Source: Anaeromyxobacteraceae bacterium (GTDB taxonomy: Bacteria; Myxococcota; Myxococcia; Myxococcales; Anaeromyxobacteraceae). Taken from it: a stretch of 64,000 nucleotides of DNA. Positions 1-10,218 of the stretch are shown piece after piece (positions within the stretch are counted from its first letter, which is position 1; each line of letters opens with the position of its first letter). Made by a program: the position numbers and the translations under genes. The notes beneath the pieces were generated by a model that worked only from the letters and a program-made list of their open reading frames with translations, was not told where the DNA came from and did not search any database. The stretch lies in contig JASGHJ010000002.1 in assembly GCA_047602405.1 (NCBI GenBank), positions 800,001 to 864,000 on the forward strand, written 5' to 3'.

Positions 1-16
1 CTGAACGCCTGTCAGG
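1..16 (+). promoter_or_regulatory. Putative Myxococcota-type LexA box upstream of tnpB (one base short)
   Basis: CTGAACGCCTGTCAGG matches the M. xanthus LexA consensus CTRHAMRYBYGTTCAGS except that TT is a single T; at window edge. Confidence 0.4.
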
Positions 17-37
17 GCTTCGGCTTAAAGTAGAAAG

Positions 38-1976
38 GTGGAAGTCGAACCCAAGCGGACCCGCGGTCCGAACAAGCAGGAGCCCTGGGCGCGCCGGCCC
101 CAGGACGGCGTGTCGGTCCTGCGGCTCGCGCTCGACGTCCACGATCCCCAGCAGCGTCGGCGGCTCGAGCGGATGTTCGCGGACGCGTACCGGGTGCGGC
201 GGGCGCTGCAGCGGGCGGCCCGGAACCGTACGCGGGCTTACTGGGCAGCGAAGCACGAACGAGGCCGGGACGCCGCGGGCACGCGCGACCGGCTCGGCCT
301 GAGCCGGGGGGCGCTCGAGCACACCGCGTACGCTGTTCTCGACGCGGCACCTCACCTCCGGCGCTTCGTCACGAAGGCGCTCGCGATGCACCTCGCCGAC
401 TCGGTCTGGTCGGCGGCGGAGCGGCACCTGTTCCCCGACGCGACCGGAAAGCGGCAGGGACTGCTCCACGTCGGACGGTGGTTCGACTTCGGGAGGCTGC
501 CCGGCCGCGCGCGCTCTCACACGACGGCGCGGAAGTGGGAGACCTTCCGGCTGCACGGCTCGCTCGCGGGCCATCGCCTCGGAGCCCCCTCGGCTCCGGG
601 CGGCCGCGTCGACTGGTGGGCGTACCAAGGTCCTTTGATGCTCGTGTTCAGCGGGCTCGCCGACGGCTCGCTGGTCCTCCCGGTGCGACTGCCCACGGCA
701 CCGTGCAACCAGCCCATCCTCGACTACCACCTCGCCGACCCGAGCCTCTGGCACAAGGTCGACCTCGTCCGCACCCGGGCACCTCATGCGCCCGGAGGTT
801 GGCGTTACGAAGCCCACCTGATGGTGCTGAAGGAGCCCTATGTCTCGCCGGCCACGAGGGTGCGCCGGGCGGAGGTCGCCGTCGCCGAGGCTGACCGCCT
901 CGCAGGGATCGACGTCAACGTGTCGAACCTGACGATCGCCTCGCAGGTGGCGGGAGGCGACCTGCGCCTCACGCGGATCGCGCGCGACCTTGCCACGAAG
1001 GATGGAGACCGTGGCCGGCGGCGCCGCGAGCGCCGCAGGCAGCGGGCGCTGGACCGGTCCCGCCGCGCTGCCAACAGCGAGCAGTACCGGTTATCGAAGC
1101 GCCAAGAGAAGCGCGCCCGGCGACGCGCCGCCGCTGGCCTCACGCCCGTGAACGTCATTCCCCAGGGGCCGAGGATCGCAAGGTCAGACGGCGTGCCGCT
1201 CCAGGCCTACCGGCGCGACCAGCTCTCGCGCCGTCACCGGCGGCTTCGGGCCGAAGAGGTCGCCAGCGCGGCTGCCGGGGTGCAGGCCCGCCGCGACCGC
1301 GCCAGGCGCGTGGCTGCCCAGGTCGTCCAAACCCACGGCTACCGGATCTTCGCCGAGGAAGGCCACATCTCCGCGTGGGCGCGCCGCTGGGGCCGCGGCG
1401 TGGCCGCATTCACGCCGGGCCTGCTCGTCTCGGCCTCGACCGCGAGGCAAAGGCGGTGGCATGCGTCGCCCAGACCAAGGGAGGCGTCGTCCGGATCCCC
1501 ACCCGCACGACCGCGCTCTCCCAGCATTGCCCCTGCGGCACCCGCGTGCCGAAGACCCTCGCCGACCGGGTCCACCGCTGCCCGCACTGCGGCCTCGGGG
1601 GCGACCGCGACGCCGTCTCCGCGGTGCTCGCGAGCTTCGTCGTGCTCGACCTCTCCGGCGAACCCGACTCGGCGCGCGTCGACTACGCCGCCGCAAACGG
1701 CTCCCGCCCCGAAATCCAGCGCCTCCTCGCTCCTTACCTGCCTCTCGGGTGGCAAGACACCCGGTCCGAGTCAAACGACCTCTTCGCCCGCGAGGCCAGT
1801 TGCCCCGCGTGGCGGACGTCCACACCGGCCTCATCGCCGGTGGCTCGGCGAACCGCCGGCACGGCCGCGGGCCCAACCCGGAATGAGCCTTCCTCACGGG
1901 AGACCACGTCCGAGCGGGCCCGGTGGCGAACCGGTCTGCCCCACGACTCGTTGAGCAATTGTGGGACAGCTCTTAG
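38..1976 (+). mobile_element. tnpB: Long TnpB-family RNA-guided RuvC nuclease of an IS200/IS605-like (TnpB-only in view) element; frameshifted near 1433 and possibly near 1940
   Basis: RuvC-I LAGIDVNVSN and RuvC-II IFAEEG in ORF 38..1954; Zn ribbon SQHCPCG...HRCPHCG and RuvC-III DRDAVSA in ORF 1375..2034; one extra C at tcggcctcgac joins the frames (LVSALDREA); terminal hairpin CCCAC..CTC-GTT-GAG..GTGGG at ~1940-1965. Confidence 0.8.
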
Positions 1977-4900
1977 GCCGGGCGGGCCCGCTCGATCAGC
2001 GACCGCACCTTCTCGAGCAGGTCGGCCCGCGTGAACGGCTTCGGCAGGAACGCCCCGTCCTCGCCGCCCGGGCTCGCCTCGCCGGCGCGGTCGGGCGCGT
2101 AGCCGGACACGTACAGCACCGGGAGCCCCGGGTGCCGCCCGCGGAGCGCGCGGGCGAGCGCGCGGCCGTCCATGCCCGGCATGACCACGTCGGTCACGAG
2201 CAGGCGGAAGCGCGCGGTCTCCTCCGTGGAGAGCGCGAGCGCCTCCGCCGGGAGCGAGAGCGCGACGACCTCGTAACCCGCGCTCTGGAGCGAGCGGCGC
2301 ATCACGGAGCGCACGCCGGGATCGTCCTCGACGAGCAGCACCCGCTCCGTCCCGCGCGCGGCGCCGGCGGTCCCGGCGGGCGGGTGGACCGGCGCCGCCG
2401 CGCGGGCGCGCGGCAGGCAGACCTCGAACGTCGTGCCCTGGCCCTGCTCGCTGCGCACGTGCACGTGGCCGCCGGCCTGGCTCACGATGCCGTACACCAT
2501 CGCGAGCCCGAGGCCCGTGCCCTTGCCGACCTCCTTCGTCGTGAAGAAGGGCTCGAAGACGTGCGCCTGCACGTCGGCGCTCATCCCGGCGCCGGTGTCC
2601 TGCACCGTGAGCCGCACCCACTCCCCGGGGACCCGCTCGCGGTCCTCCGGCCGGACGTCCGGCGGGACGGTCAGGTTCTCGGTGCGCAGGACGAGCGTGC
2701 CGCCCGCGGGCATCGCGTCGCGCGCGTTCACCGCGAGGTTCACGACCACCTGCCCGAGCTGGCCCGGGTCCGCCGTGGTCGCCCAGAGGTCCGGGGGGCA
2801 CTCCACCCGGAGCTCGACGTCCTCGCCGAGGAGCCTGCGCAGCATCTTCTCGCTCGACCGGACGACCTCGCCGACGTCGAGCGGCACCGGGTTCACCGGC
2901 TGCTTGCGGGCGAAGGCGAGGAGCTGCCCGGTGAGGTCGGCGGCGCGCTTCGCGGCGGTCGCGATCTCGCGCAGCTCGCCGGTGGGGCCCGGGCCCGCCG
3001 CGGCCACCGCCTCCTCCAGCGAGGAGGCGCACCCGAGGATGACGGTGAGGAGGTTGTTGAAGTCGTGGGCGACCCCGCCCGCGAGGCGCCCCATGCTCTC
3101 GAGCTTCTGCGCCTGCCGGTACTGCTCCTCGAGCTGCCGCTCGGCGGTGAGGTCCTGCCAGATGGCGAGGAAGCGGCGCTGCCCGCCGACCACGACCGGC
3201 CGGCTCGTGACGAGCACGGTGCGGGGCTCGCCGGCCTTCGTGAGGTGGACCGTCTCGAACTGCTCGAAGCCGGCCTGGTCGATCCGCCGGAGGTGGGCGG
3301 CGACGTCCTCCGGCACCGGCTCCCGCGGGTTGAAGTCGCTGACCCGCATGCGGGCGAACTCCTCGCGGGAGTAGCCCAGCGTCTGGCAGGCCTTGTCGTT
3401 GAACGTCACGATCCGGCCGGCCTCGTCGAGCAGGATCACGCCGCTCGGGGCGAGCCGGAAGAGCGAGCCATACAGCTCCGCGCTCTCCTCGAGGGCGGCC
3501 TGCGCCTTCACCCGCGCGGTGGCGTCGCGCGAGACGCCGACCACCTCGACGGGCCGCCCCGCCTCGTCCCGCACGACCGTGGTCGTGATCTCGACGTGCT
3601 TCGTCGTGCCGTCCTTGCAGGGCTGCTCGTAGATGCCGGTGAGGGGGCCGAGCTCCTGCGGCGTCCCGATGGTCGCCATGGCGGCCTGCACCCGCGCGAG
3701 CGACGCGGGCGTGAGGCTCTGCTCGATCCGCTCGGCGAGGGCCTCCTCCACCGTGAGGCCCCGCAGCGTCCGGATCGACGGGCTGATGTAGCCGTAGCGC
3801 CCCGTCGAGAGGTCGAGGGTCCAGATGACGTCGTTCGCGTGATCGGCGAGGAGCCGGTAGCGGCGCTCGCTCTCCTCGAGCGCCCGCGCCGCGCGCCGCT
3901 CCTCGGTCTGATCGCGGAAGACGAGCACGACGCCGATGGTGCGGCCGTGCGCGTCGCGGATGGGCGCGCCGCTGTCGGCGATCGGGATGATCCGCCCGTC
4001 GCGCGCGACGAGCGACGTGTGGTTCGTGAGCCCCACGACCGCGCCCTCGCGCAGGACGCGCTCGACCGGGCTCTCCACCGGCGAGCCGGTCCGCTCGGAG
4101 ACGATCCGGAAGACGTCCTGGAGCGGGCGCCCCAGCGCCTCGCGGGCGGTCCAGCCCGTCAGGCGCTCGGCCACGCCGTTGAACACGGTGACCCTGGCCT
4201 CGCGGTCGGTGGCGATGACCGCGTCGCCGATGCTCTCCAGCGTGACGGCGAGCCGCTCGCGCTCGGCGGCGAGGCGCTCCTCGGCCTCCACGCGCGCGGT
4301 GACGAGCTCGCTGAAGAGGATGAGCCCGCCGACCTCGCCCCGGGCGTCGCGCCACGGGCAGATCTCCCACTTCACCCAGTCGGTCCGGCCGTCGGCCCGG
4401 GGGAAGGGGTCCTCCTCGTTGGCCTCGGTCGCGCCGGCGAGGCACCGCCGGTGGACGTCGCGCCAGCGCTCGGGGATCTCCGGGAAGAGCGCGTAGTGGG
4501 AGCGGCCGAGGACCTCGACGTCGCCGAGGCGGTAGTCGGCGAGGTAGCGCCGGCTGGCCGCGAGGTAGCGCATCTCCCGGTCGAACATCGCGATCGCCGC
4601 CGGGGCGTGCTCGATGAGGAGGCGGAGCCGCTCCTCGCTCGCGCGGAGCTGGTCCTCGGTGCGCCGCTGCGCCGAGAGGTCGCGGACGACGGCCACCAGC
4701 ACCCGCTCGGCGCCGGCGGTGGTGCCGATGGAGCTCACCTCGACCGGGAAGATCGAGCCGTCCTTGCGCCGGTGGAGGGTCTCGAACCGGACGCCCGTCC
4801 CGGCGGCCGCGAGATCGCGCTCGACCGACGAGACGCGGCCCGGGGCGCGGAGGTCGCGCACGGTGCGCTGGCAGAGCTCCTCGATCGTGTACCCGTAAGC

Positions 4901-5134
4901 CTCGGACGCCGCGCGGTTGGCGCCGAGGATCCGGCCGTCGTCGGCCCGGACGAAGGCGATGGCCTCCTGCGCCTGGGCGGCGAGGAGCTCGTAGCGGGCC
5001 CAGGAGACCTCCGCTCCGGCGCCCGCGCCCTGGGCCGGGGACTTCGAGGGCGCGCGCGCGAGGCGGCGCGCGGCCACCCACCCGACGAATGCGCCGAGGC
5101 CCGCGACGAGGGCGTAGCCGATCAGGTGGCCCAC
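1973..5134 (-). CDS. Multi-PAS hybrid sensor histidine kinase/response regulator
   Basis: N-terminal TM, several PAS/PAC repeats, H-box GGVAHDFNNLLT, NARDAM, FFTTKEVGKGTGLGL, receiver LLVEDD...TDVVMP...KPF. Confidence 0.95.
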   Translation of the reverse strand: MGHLIGYALVAGLGAFVGWVAARRLARAPSKSPAQGAGAGAEVSWARYELLAAQAQEAIAFVRADDGRILGANRAASEAYGYTIEELCQRTVRDLRAPGRVSSVERDLAAAGTGVRFETLHRRKDGSIFPVEVSSIGTTAGAERVLVAVVRDLSAQRRTEDQLRASEERLRLLIEHAPAAIAMFDREMRYLAASRRYLADYRLGDVEVLGRSHYALFPEIPERWRDVHRRCLAGATEANEEDPFPRADGRTDWVKWEICPWRDARGEVGGLILFSELVTARVEAEERLAAERERLAVTLESIGDAVIATDREARVTVFNGVAERLTGWTAREALGRPLQDVFRIVSERTGSPVESPVERVLREGAVVGLTNHTSLVARDGRIIPIADSGAPIRDAHGRTIGVVLVFRDQTEERRAARALEESERRYRLLADHANDVIWTLDLSTGRYGYISPSIRTLRGLTVEEALAERIEQSLTPASLARVQAAMATIGTPQELGPLTGIYEQPCKDGTTKHVEITTTVVRDEAGRPVEVVGVSRDATARVKAQAALEESAELYGSLFRLAPSGVILLDEAGRIVTFNDKACQTLGYSREEFARMRVSDFNPREPVPEDVAAHLRRIDQAGFEQFETVHLTKAGEPRTVLVTSRPVVVGGQRRFLAIWQDLTAERQLEEQYRQAQKLESMGRLAGGVAHDFNNLLTVILGCASSLEEAVAAAGPGPTGELREIATAAKRAADLTGQLLAFARKQPVNPVPLDVGEVVRSSEKMLRRLLGEDVELRVECPPDLWATTADPGQLGQVVVNLAVNARDAMPAGGTLVLRTENLTVPPDVRPEDRERVPGEWVRLTVQDTGAGMSADVQAHVFEPFFTTKEVGKGTGLGLAMVYGIVSQAGGHVHVRSEQGQGTTFEVCLPRARAAAPVHPPAGTAGAARGTERVLLVEDDPGVRSVMRRSLQSAGYEVVALSLPAEALALSTEETARFRLLVTDVVMPGMDGRALARALRGRHPGLPVLYVSGYAPDRAGEASPGGEDGAFLPKPFTRADLLEKVRSLIERARPA

Positions 5135-5312
5135 ATGGGTAGCCTATCCTCCGGGAGGCCTCCCGGGGATGAGCAACCGCTCGATCCGCTCGCGGGTTGA
5201 CCCACCGTCGACCGGGGCGAGGGCGGGCCCGGACGCTCGGTGCGTCATGACGTACCGATCGTGAAGGAGGGTCGGCCTCCCTGCCGCCGCGCCGCTCTGG
5301 TACGACCACCCC

Positions 5313-5762
5313 ATGCCCTCCGGACCCGTCGAGCAGTTCCTGTCGCTCTGGCACGAGGCGGTCGCGCGAAAGGACCTCGCCGTGCTCGCGCCCGCGGTGG
5401 CGGACGACGTCGTGCTCTCGTCGCCGGCGCTGCACCGGCCGAAGCAAGGGAAGGCCGAGGTCCTGGCGCTCCTCGGCGACGTGGCGGCGTCGCTCGAGGG
5501 CTACCGGGTGACGCGCACCTGGGTGGACGGGCTCGAGGTGCTGCTCGAGTTCGACGCGAAGGTCGGGGAGCGGTCGCTGCAGGGCGTGGACCGCATCACG
5601 CTCGACGCCACCGGGCGGCTGAAGCACCTCAAGGTCTTCATCCGGCCCTACCGCGGGCTCGTCGCCCTGATGACGGCCGTCGTGCGCCGCCAGGTGGATC
5701 GCCTCGAGGGCCCGGCGCGGTTCATCGCGCGGGCGCGGCTGCGGCTGCGCGGGGTGGGGTGA
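5313..5762 (+). CDS. NTF2/SnoaL-like protein
   Basis: ADDVVLSSP...GKAEV...LEFDAKVG...GVDRI...VFIRP pattern; host codon usage. Confidence 0.8.
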   Translation: MPSGPVEQFLSLWHEAVARKDLAVLAPAVADDVVLSSPALHRPKQGKAEVLALLGDVAASLEGYRVTRTWVDGLEVLLEFDAKVGERSLQGVDRITLDATGRLKHLKVFIRPYRGLVALMTAVVRRQVDRLEGPARFIARARLRLRGVG

Positions 5763-5828
5763 GGCTCGTATGGGGCTCGACCGATGGGCACGGCCGGAGA
5801 TCGGGTCGAATGTGCGGAGGAAGAGCCC

Positions 5829-6437
5829 ATGCCGAAGATCGTGGTGAACGCGTTCCTGACCCTCGACGGCGTCATGCAGGCCCCCGGCGGCCCGGACGAG
5901 GACCGCGCGAGCGGCTTCGCGCACGGCGGCTGGATGGCGCCCTACGCCGACGACGGCCTCGTCGTGAAGGGCATCGGCGACGCCGACGGCTTCCTGCTCG
6001 GCCGCAAGACCTACGACATCTTCGCCAGCTACTGGCCGAAGATCACCGACCCGGAGCACCCGGTCGCGGTCCCGCTCAACGCGAAGCCGAAGTACGTCGT
6101 GTCACGCACGCTCGAGCGCGTCGACTGGAACGGTTCGAGCCTCGTGAAGGGCGACGTCGTGGCGGGCCTCCGCAAGCTCCGCGAGCTGCCGGGCCGGACG
6201 CTGCACACCTGGGGCAGCACCGAGCTCCTCCAGACGCTGCTCGCGCACGACCTCGTCGACGAGTTCCGGCTCTTCGTCTTCCCGGTGGTGCTCGGCACCG
6301 GCAAGCGCCTCTGGGCGAGCGGCACGGTGCCGGCGGCGCTCCGGCAGGTGAAGCAGGTCGCGCTCTCTAAGGGCGGCACGTACCTCCGTCTCGAGCGCGG
6401 CGGGAAGCCGACCTACGGCACGGTGGGGGCGGACTGA
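5829..6437 (+). CDS. Dihydrofolate reductase family (RibD C-terminal) protein
   Basis: AFLTLDGVMQAPGGPDED, LLGRKTYDIF, LVDEFRLFVFPVVLGTGKRL. Confidence 0.9.
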   Translation: MPKIVVNAFLTLDGVMQAPGGPDEDRASGFAHGGWMAPYADDGLVVKGIGDADGFLLGRKTYDIFASYWPKITDPEHPVAVPLNAKPKYVVSRTLERVDWNGSSLVKGDVVAGLRKLRELPGRTLHTWGSTELLQTLLAHDLVDEFRLFVFPVVLGTGKRLWASGTVPAALRQVKQVALSKGGTYLRLERGGKPTYGTVGAD

Positions 6438-6450
6438 AGAGGAGGACCGG

Positions 6451-6795
6451 ATGAAGCAGGATGAGGTGGTACCCGAGACCCGCGGCGTCACCTCGACGCT
6501 GCTCGCGACCGTCGACCTCGGCCCCGAGCTCGAGGGCATGGCGGGGCGCCAGCTGCGGATGCGCATGTTCACCTTCGCGCCCGGCGCCGTGTTCGGTCCG
6601 CTCCACGATCACAAGGGCCGGCCCGGGACCGTCTACGTCCTCGAGGGCACCATCACCGATCACCGCGACGGCGTCGCCACCGACTACGGCCCGGGCGTCG
6701 GCTGGCCCGAGGACTCGAGGACGCTCCACTGGCTCGAGAACCGGGGCACGGTCCCGGCGGTCGAGATCTCGGTGGACATCGTCAAGCAGGGGTAG
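6451..6795 (+). CDS. Cupin domain protein
   Basis: PGAVFGPLHDH...YVLEGTI...HWLENRG; GAGGAGG RBS. Confidence 0.85.
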   Translation: MKQDEVVPETRGVTSTLLATVDLGPELEGMAGRQLRMRMFTFAPGAVFGPLHDHKGRPGTVYVLEGTITDHRDGVATDYGPGVGWPEDSRTLHWLENRGTVPAVEISVDIVKQG

Positions 6796-6804
6796 AAGGA
6801 GGTC

Positions 6805-7137
6805 ATGTACCTCCCCGCCCACTTCGCCGAGACCCGCCCCGAGGTGCTGCACGAGGCGCTCCGCTCCGCCGGCCTCTTCACGCTCGTGACCCGCGACGGC
6901 GAGGGCCTCGACGCGAGCCACCTCCCGATGCTGCTCGACGCCCCGGAGGGCGGGCCGGCGCGGCTCGTCGGCCACCTCGCGCGCGCGAACGGGCAGTGGA
7001 AGGTGGCCGGAGAGGCGACGCCCGCGCTCGCGATCGCACTCGGCCCGGACGCCTACGTGTCCCCCTCCTGGTACGCGACGAAGCGCGAGACCGGGAAGGT
7101 GGTCCCGACCTGGAACGGGCTGAAGCGCCGGGCGTAG
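6805..7137 (+). pseudogene. paiB: Truncated PaiB-like FMN-binding negative transcriptional regulator
   Basis: MYLPAHF, GHLARAN, GPDAYVSPSWY, VPTWN then homology stops at ~7116; about half the usual length. Confidence 0.75.
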
Positions 7138-7234
7138 CACCGCGCGGACGATCCCCCCGGGACGCAGCCCGGAGCTAAGCCAGCCCTTCAAGGAACCTCC
7201 TGCAGGAGGGGCGGGCGCTCCTTACGCTCTCCGC

Positions 7235-7438
7235 GTGAGAAGCCTCGTCGGATACACCCTCCTCGCGGCCGGCGCCGCGCTCCTCGTCCTCCCGGGGCCT
7301 GGCATCCCGCTCGTCCTCGGCGGGCTCGCCCTCCTCGCGAAGGACCGCCCCTGGGCGCGGCGGGGGCTCGAGCGCGTGAAGCTCCACGTCGAGCGGGTCC
7401 GCGCGGGCATCCGCGAGCGCCGGGCGAGCGCGCGGTGA
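7235..7438 (+). CDS. Small PGPGW-domain membrane protein
   Basis: LLVLPGPGIPLVLGGLALLA...WARR. Confidence 0.7.
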   Translation: MRSLVGYTLLAAGAALLVLPGPGIPLVLGGLALLAKDRPWARRGLERVKLHVERVRAGIRERRASAR

Positions 7439-7454
7439 GCCCGCCCGGTCGCAC

Positions 7455-8654
7455 TCAGCGCGAGCCGCCGAGCCGCGCCGCCGCGGCGGCCGCGGTCGCG
7501 CGGGCGAGGTGCTCCTCGTAGATCCTGAGCGCCGGGTCCTTCGCCTTCGCGCCGAGGTCGACGGCGTGCTGGTACTCGCGCACGGCGTCCTCGAGGTTCC
7601 CGGCGCGCTCGTGCGCCTCGCCGAGCGAGTCGTGGGCATTCGCCGAGGCCGGGTGGCGCTCGGCGTTCTTCTGCAGGGTGCGCACGGCGAGGTCGAGGTC
7701 GCCGCGGCGCAGCGCCTCGTAGCCGGCGAGGTTCAAGGCCTGCTCCGGCGGCGCGATCTCGTACCCGACGCGGCGCGAGAGCCCCCGGTAGTGCGCCTCC
7801 ACGGCCGCGAAGCCGCCGCGGGGCCCGACATCGCCCTGTGCGACCGGCATGCGCCAGCCCTCGAAGAGGGCCTCGAGCCCGGCGTGCAGGGCCGGGAAGA
7901 CCACCGAGCCGTGGTCCTCGCCGGGGAAGGTCCTGCTCGCGTACGTCACGCCCTTCCCGGCGCGCAGGACGCGCGCCAGGCGCTCGAGCCCGCGGGCGAG
8001 CTCGGGGCCCTCGTCGCCGCTCGACGCGAACACGGTCGCCTCGAGCTCGGGCCTGGCCTTCACGAGCGCCTCGAGCGCGTCGAGGACCATCCCCCGGTCC
8101 CACGGCACGGACGGGCTCACCGTGAGGTAGGCGCGGAAGAGCCCGGGCCGCGTCGCGAGCGCGTGGAGCGCGAAGAGGCCGCCGAAGGAGTGGCCGCCGA
8201 GGACGCGCAGCGGCGCCGTCCGGTAGGAGCGCTCCACCCAGGGCACGACCTCCTTCTCGAGGTGGTCGAGGAGCGCGCCCGCGCCGCCGCTCGTGGGGAA
8301 GTTCCCGTCCTTCCCGGTCACCTTCGAGGGCGTGAGCTCGTTCGTGCGGTCCTCGTGCACGACGCCCACGAGCAGGACCGCCGGCATCCGGCCGTGGCGC
8401 TCGAGGAACCGCACCGCCGCCGCGAGCGGGTCGAGGTTCGTGGGGCCGTCGGTGAAGTAGAGGACCGGGTACCGGAGCCCGGCGTCCTCGGCGTAGCCCG
8501 GGGGCGTGCGCACCACGACCTGCCGCTCGCCGCCGAAGACCGCCGATTTCAGGGTGACGAGCCGGATCTCCTCGTCGCCCGCTGCGGTGGCGGGCCGGGT
8601 CGCCGCGAGGGCGAGCGCGGCGGTGAGCGGAAGGGCGAGACGAACGAGGCGCAT
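7455..8654 (-). CDS. Secreted alpha/beta hydrolase (esterase) with C-terminal TPR
   Basis: Signal peptide, YPVLYFTDG, GHSFGG nucleophile motif, EDHGS, ANAHDSLGEA TPR. Confidence 0.9.
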   Translation of the reverse strand: MRLVRLALPLTAALALAATRPATAAGDEEIRLVTLKSAVFGGERQVVVRTPPGYAEDAGLRYPVLYFTDGPTNLDPLAAAVRFLERHGRMPAVLLVGVVHEDRTNELTPSKVTGKDGNFPTSGGAGALLDHLEKEVVPWVERSYRTAPLRVLGGHSFGGLFALHALATRPGLFRAYLTVSPSVPWDRGMVLDALEALVKARPELEATVFASSGDEGPELARGLERLARVLRAGKGVTYASRTFPGEDHGSVVFPALHAGLEALFEGWRMPVAQGDVGPRGGFAAVEAHYRGLSRRVGYEIAPPEQALNLAGYEALRRGDLDLAVRTLQKNAERHPASANAHDSLGEAHERAGNLEDAVREYQHAVDLGAKAKDPALRIYEEHLARATAAAAAARLGGSR

Positions 8655-8733
8655 CCGGGGCTCCTGGTCAGGGCTGCGGGTGCAGGAGGCGCGGTGAGGC
8701 CGGACGTGACGTCCGGGCGGCGTCCGCGCCGGC

Positions 8734-9114
8734 TCAGGCCTCCGCCACGACGGCGATGGAGATCTTGAGGCCCGGCACGCGCACCGGGAGCTTCGCGCCC
8801 TGGCGCGCGGGAGGATCGGTGGGGAACCACCGCCTCCACTCCTCGTTCATGCCTGCGAAGTCGTCCTCCTCGGCGAGGATCACGGTCGCGGAGACGACCT
8901 TCTCGAGCGAGCTGCCGGCGGCCTCGAGGATCGCGGCGACGTTCTTCAGGCACTGCCGCGTCTGGTCCTGGATCGTCGCGCCCACGAGGGCTCCGGTCGC
9001 CGGGTCGGCGGGAGCGGTCCCCGAGACGAACACGAGCCCGGCGGCCTTGACGGCCTGGCTGTAGGTCGGCGGCGGCGCGGCGGCGGCCTTCGTGAAGACG
9101 ATCTGGCGGGGCAT
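8734..9114 (-). CDS. RidA/YjgF family protein
   Basis: YSQAVKAAGLVFVSG, MNEEW...PPAR. Confidence 0.9.
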   Translation of the reverse strand: MPRQIVFTKAAAAPPPTYSQAVKAAGLVFVSGTAPADPATGALVGATIQDQTRQCLKNVAAILEAAGSSLEKVVSATVILAEEDDFAGMNEEWRRWFPTDPPARQGAKLPVRVPGLKISIAVVAEA

Positions 9115-9222
9115 GGCGCTCACCTAGCGCCCCACGCAGCGCTGCGCCCGCTCCCATTCGAGCCGGCCCCTTCAGCCGTCGGTCGAGGAGACGGGGCACG
9201 GCCTGCCGTGACGAACCCCTGA

Positions 9223-10185
9223 TTCGCCATCGCGGACTACTTCGAGAAGGACGAGGAGCTGAAGCTGCTCCTCCACTTCCTCGGCGGCATCGGGCTCGAC
9301 TTCACCACCGCCGCCGGCGGCGAGGTCAAGGTCGACGACTCCCTGCTCGCCGCGAAGCGGCCGCGCGCCTTCGTCCAGCCGGTCGATCCGCCCGCGGACG
9401 TGCGCCTCTCGGTCAAGCCGTCCGGCGGCCTCGACGACGTCTGGACGCTCTTCCACGAGGCCGGGCACGCGGTGCACTTCGCGCGCGCGACCGTGCAGCC
9501 GTGGGAGAACGTCCTGCTCGGCCACGGCGCGCCCACCGAGGCGTTCGGCGAGTTCTTCCGCCACGCCTTCAGCGACCCGCGCTGGCTGGCCAGGTTCCGC
9601 GAGTTCCGCAAGGCGGAGGGGCGGTCGCTGCCCACGGACGCCGAGCTCTCGGCGACGCTGCGGCGCACCGCGCTCATCGAGATGCTCTACGTCCGCCGCT
9701 ACGCCTTCGCCAAGATCGCCTACGAGCTCAGGCTGCACGGCCGGCCGCTCGCGGAGCTCGCCCCGGCCGTGGCGCTGCTCCCGCACCCGGAGCAGGTGCA
9801 GGACGGCTCGGAGGCCGCGCTGCGCTCGCTGTACCAGCAGCTCTTCTCGCGCGCCTACGGCTTCGCGCTCAGCGACGAGGAGGCGGCCCGCTTCCGCAAC
9901 GACGTGGACGACACCTTCTACTCGGCGGACTACAGCCGGGCGTTCGTGCTCGCGGGGATGACGCACGAGGGGATGCGCAGGAAGTTCGGCGAGGACTGGT
10001 ACGGGAACCCCGGCGTCGGGAAGTTCCTGCGCGAGCAGCTCTTCGCGGCCGGCACCACGCTCTCCGCCGAGGACGTCGCCGCCCGGATGGGCTTCGGCCA
10101 GAAGGTCGACTTCCAGCTCGCCGCCCGCCGGGCCGCGCAGCTCGTGGCCGACGCCGACGCGCTGGAGAAGCCCGCGAGACGCTAG
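9223..10185 (+). pseudogene. 5'-truncated M3-like (HExxH) metallopeptidase fragment
   Basis: Open frame begins directly after TGA 9220-9222 with no start codon (FAIADYFEKD...KRPRAF...LFHEAGHAVH...EAFG). Confidence 0.7.
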
Positions 10186-10218
10186 GCGCTCCCCCTGCGG
10201 GCACGGTGTCGTCTCCGC

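Noticed and set aside
1425..1445. Programmed ribosomal frameshift in tnpB
   Set aside because: No slippery heptamer; a collapsed C run is more likely given the many similar indels in the window
7138..7234. Riboswitch upstream of the PGPGW gene
   Set aside because: Only a short palindrome; no aptamer consensus that I recognise
7222..7240. A fourth cassette site (CGCGTGAGA)
   Set aside because: Only a half match; lacks CCGCAC and the GGGGAGGA tail, and overlaps a start codon
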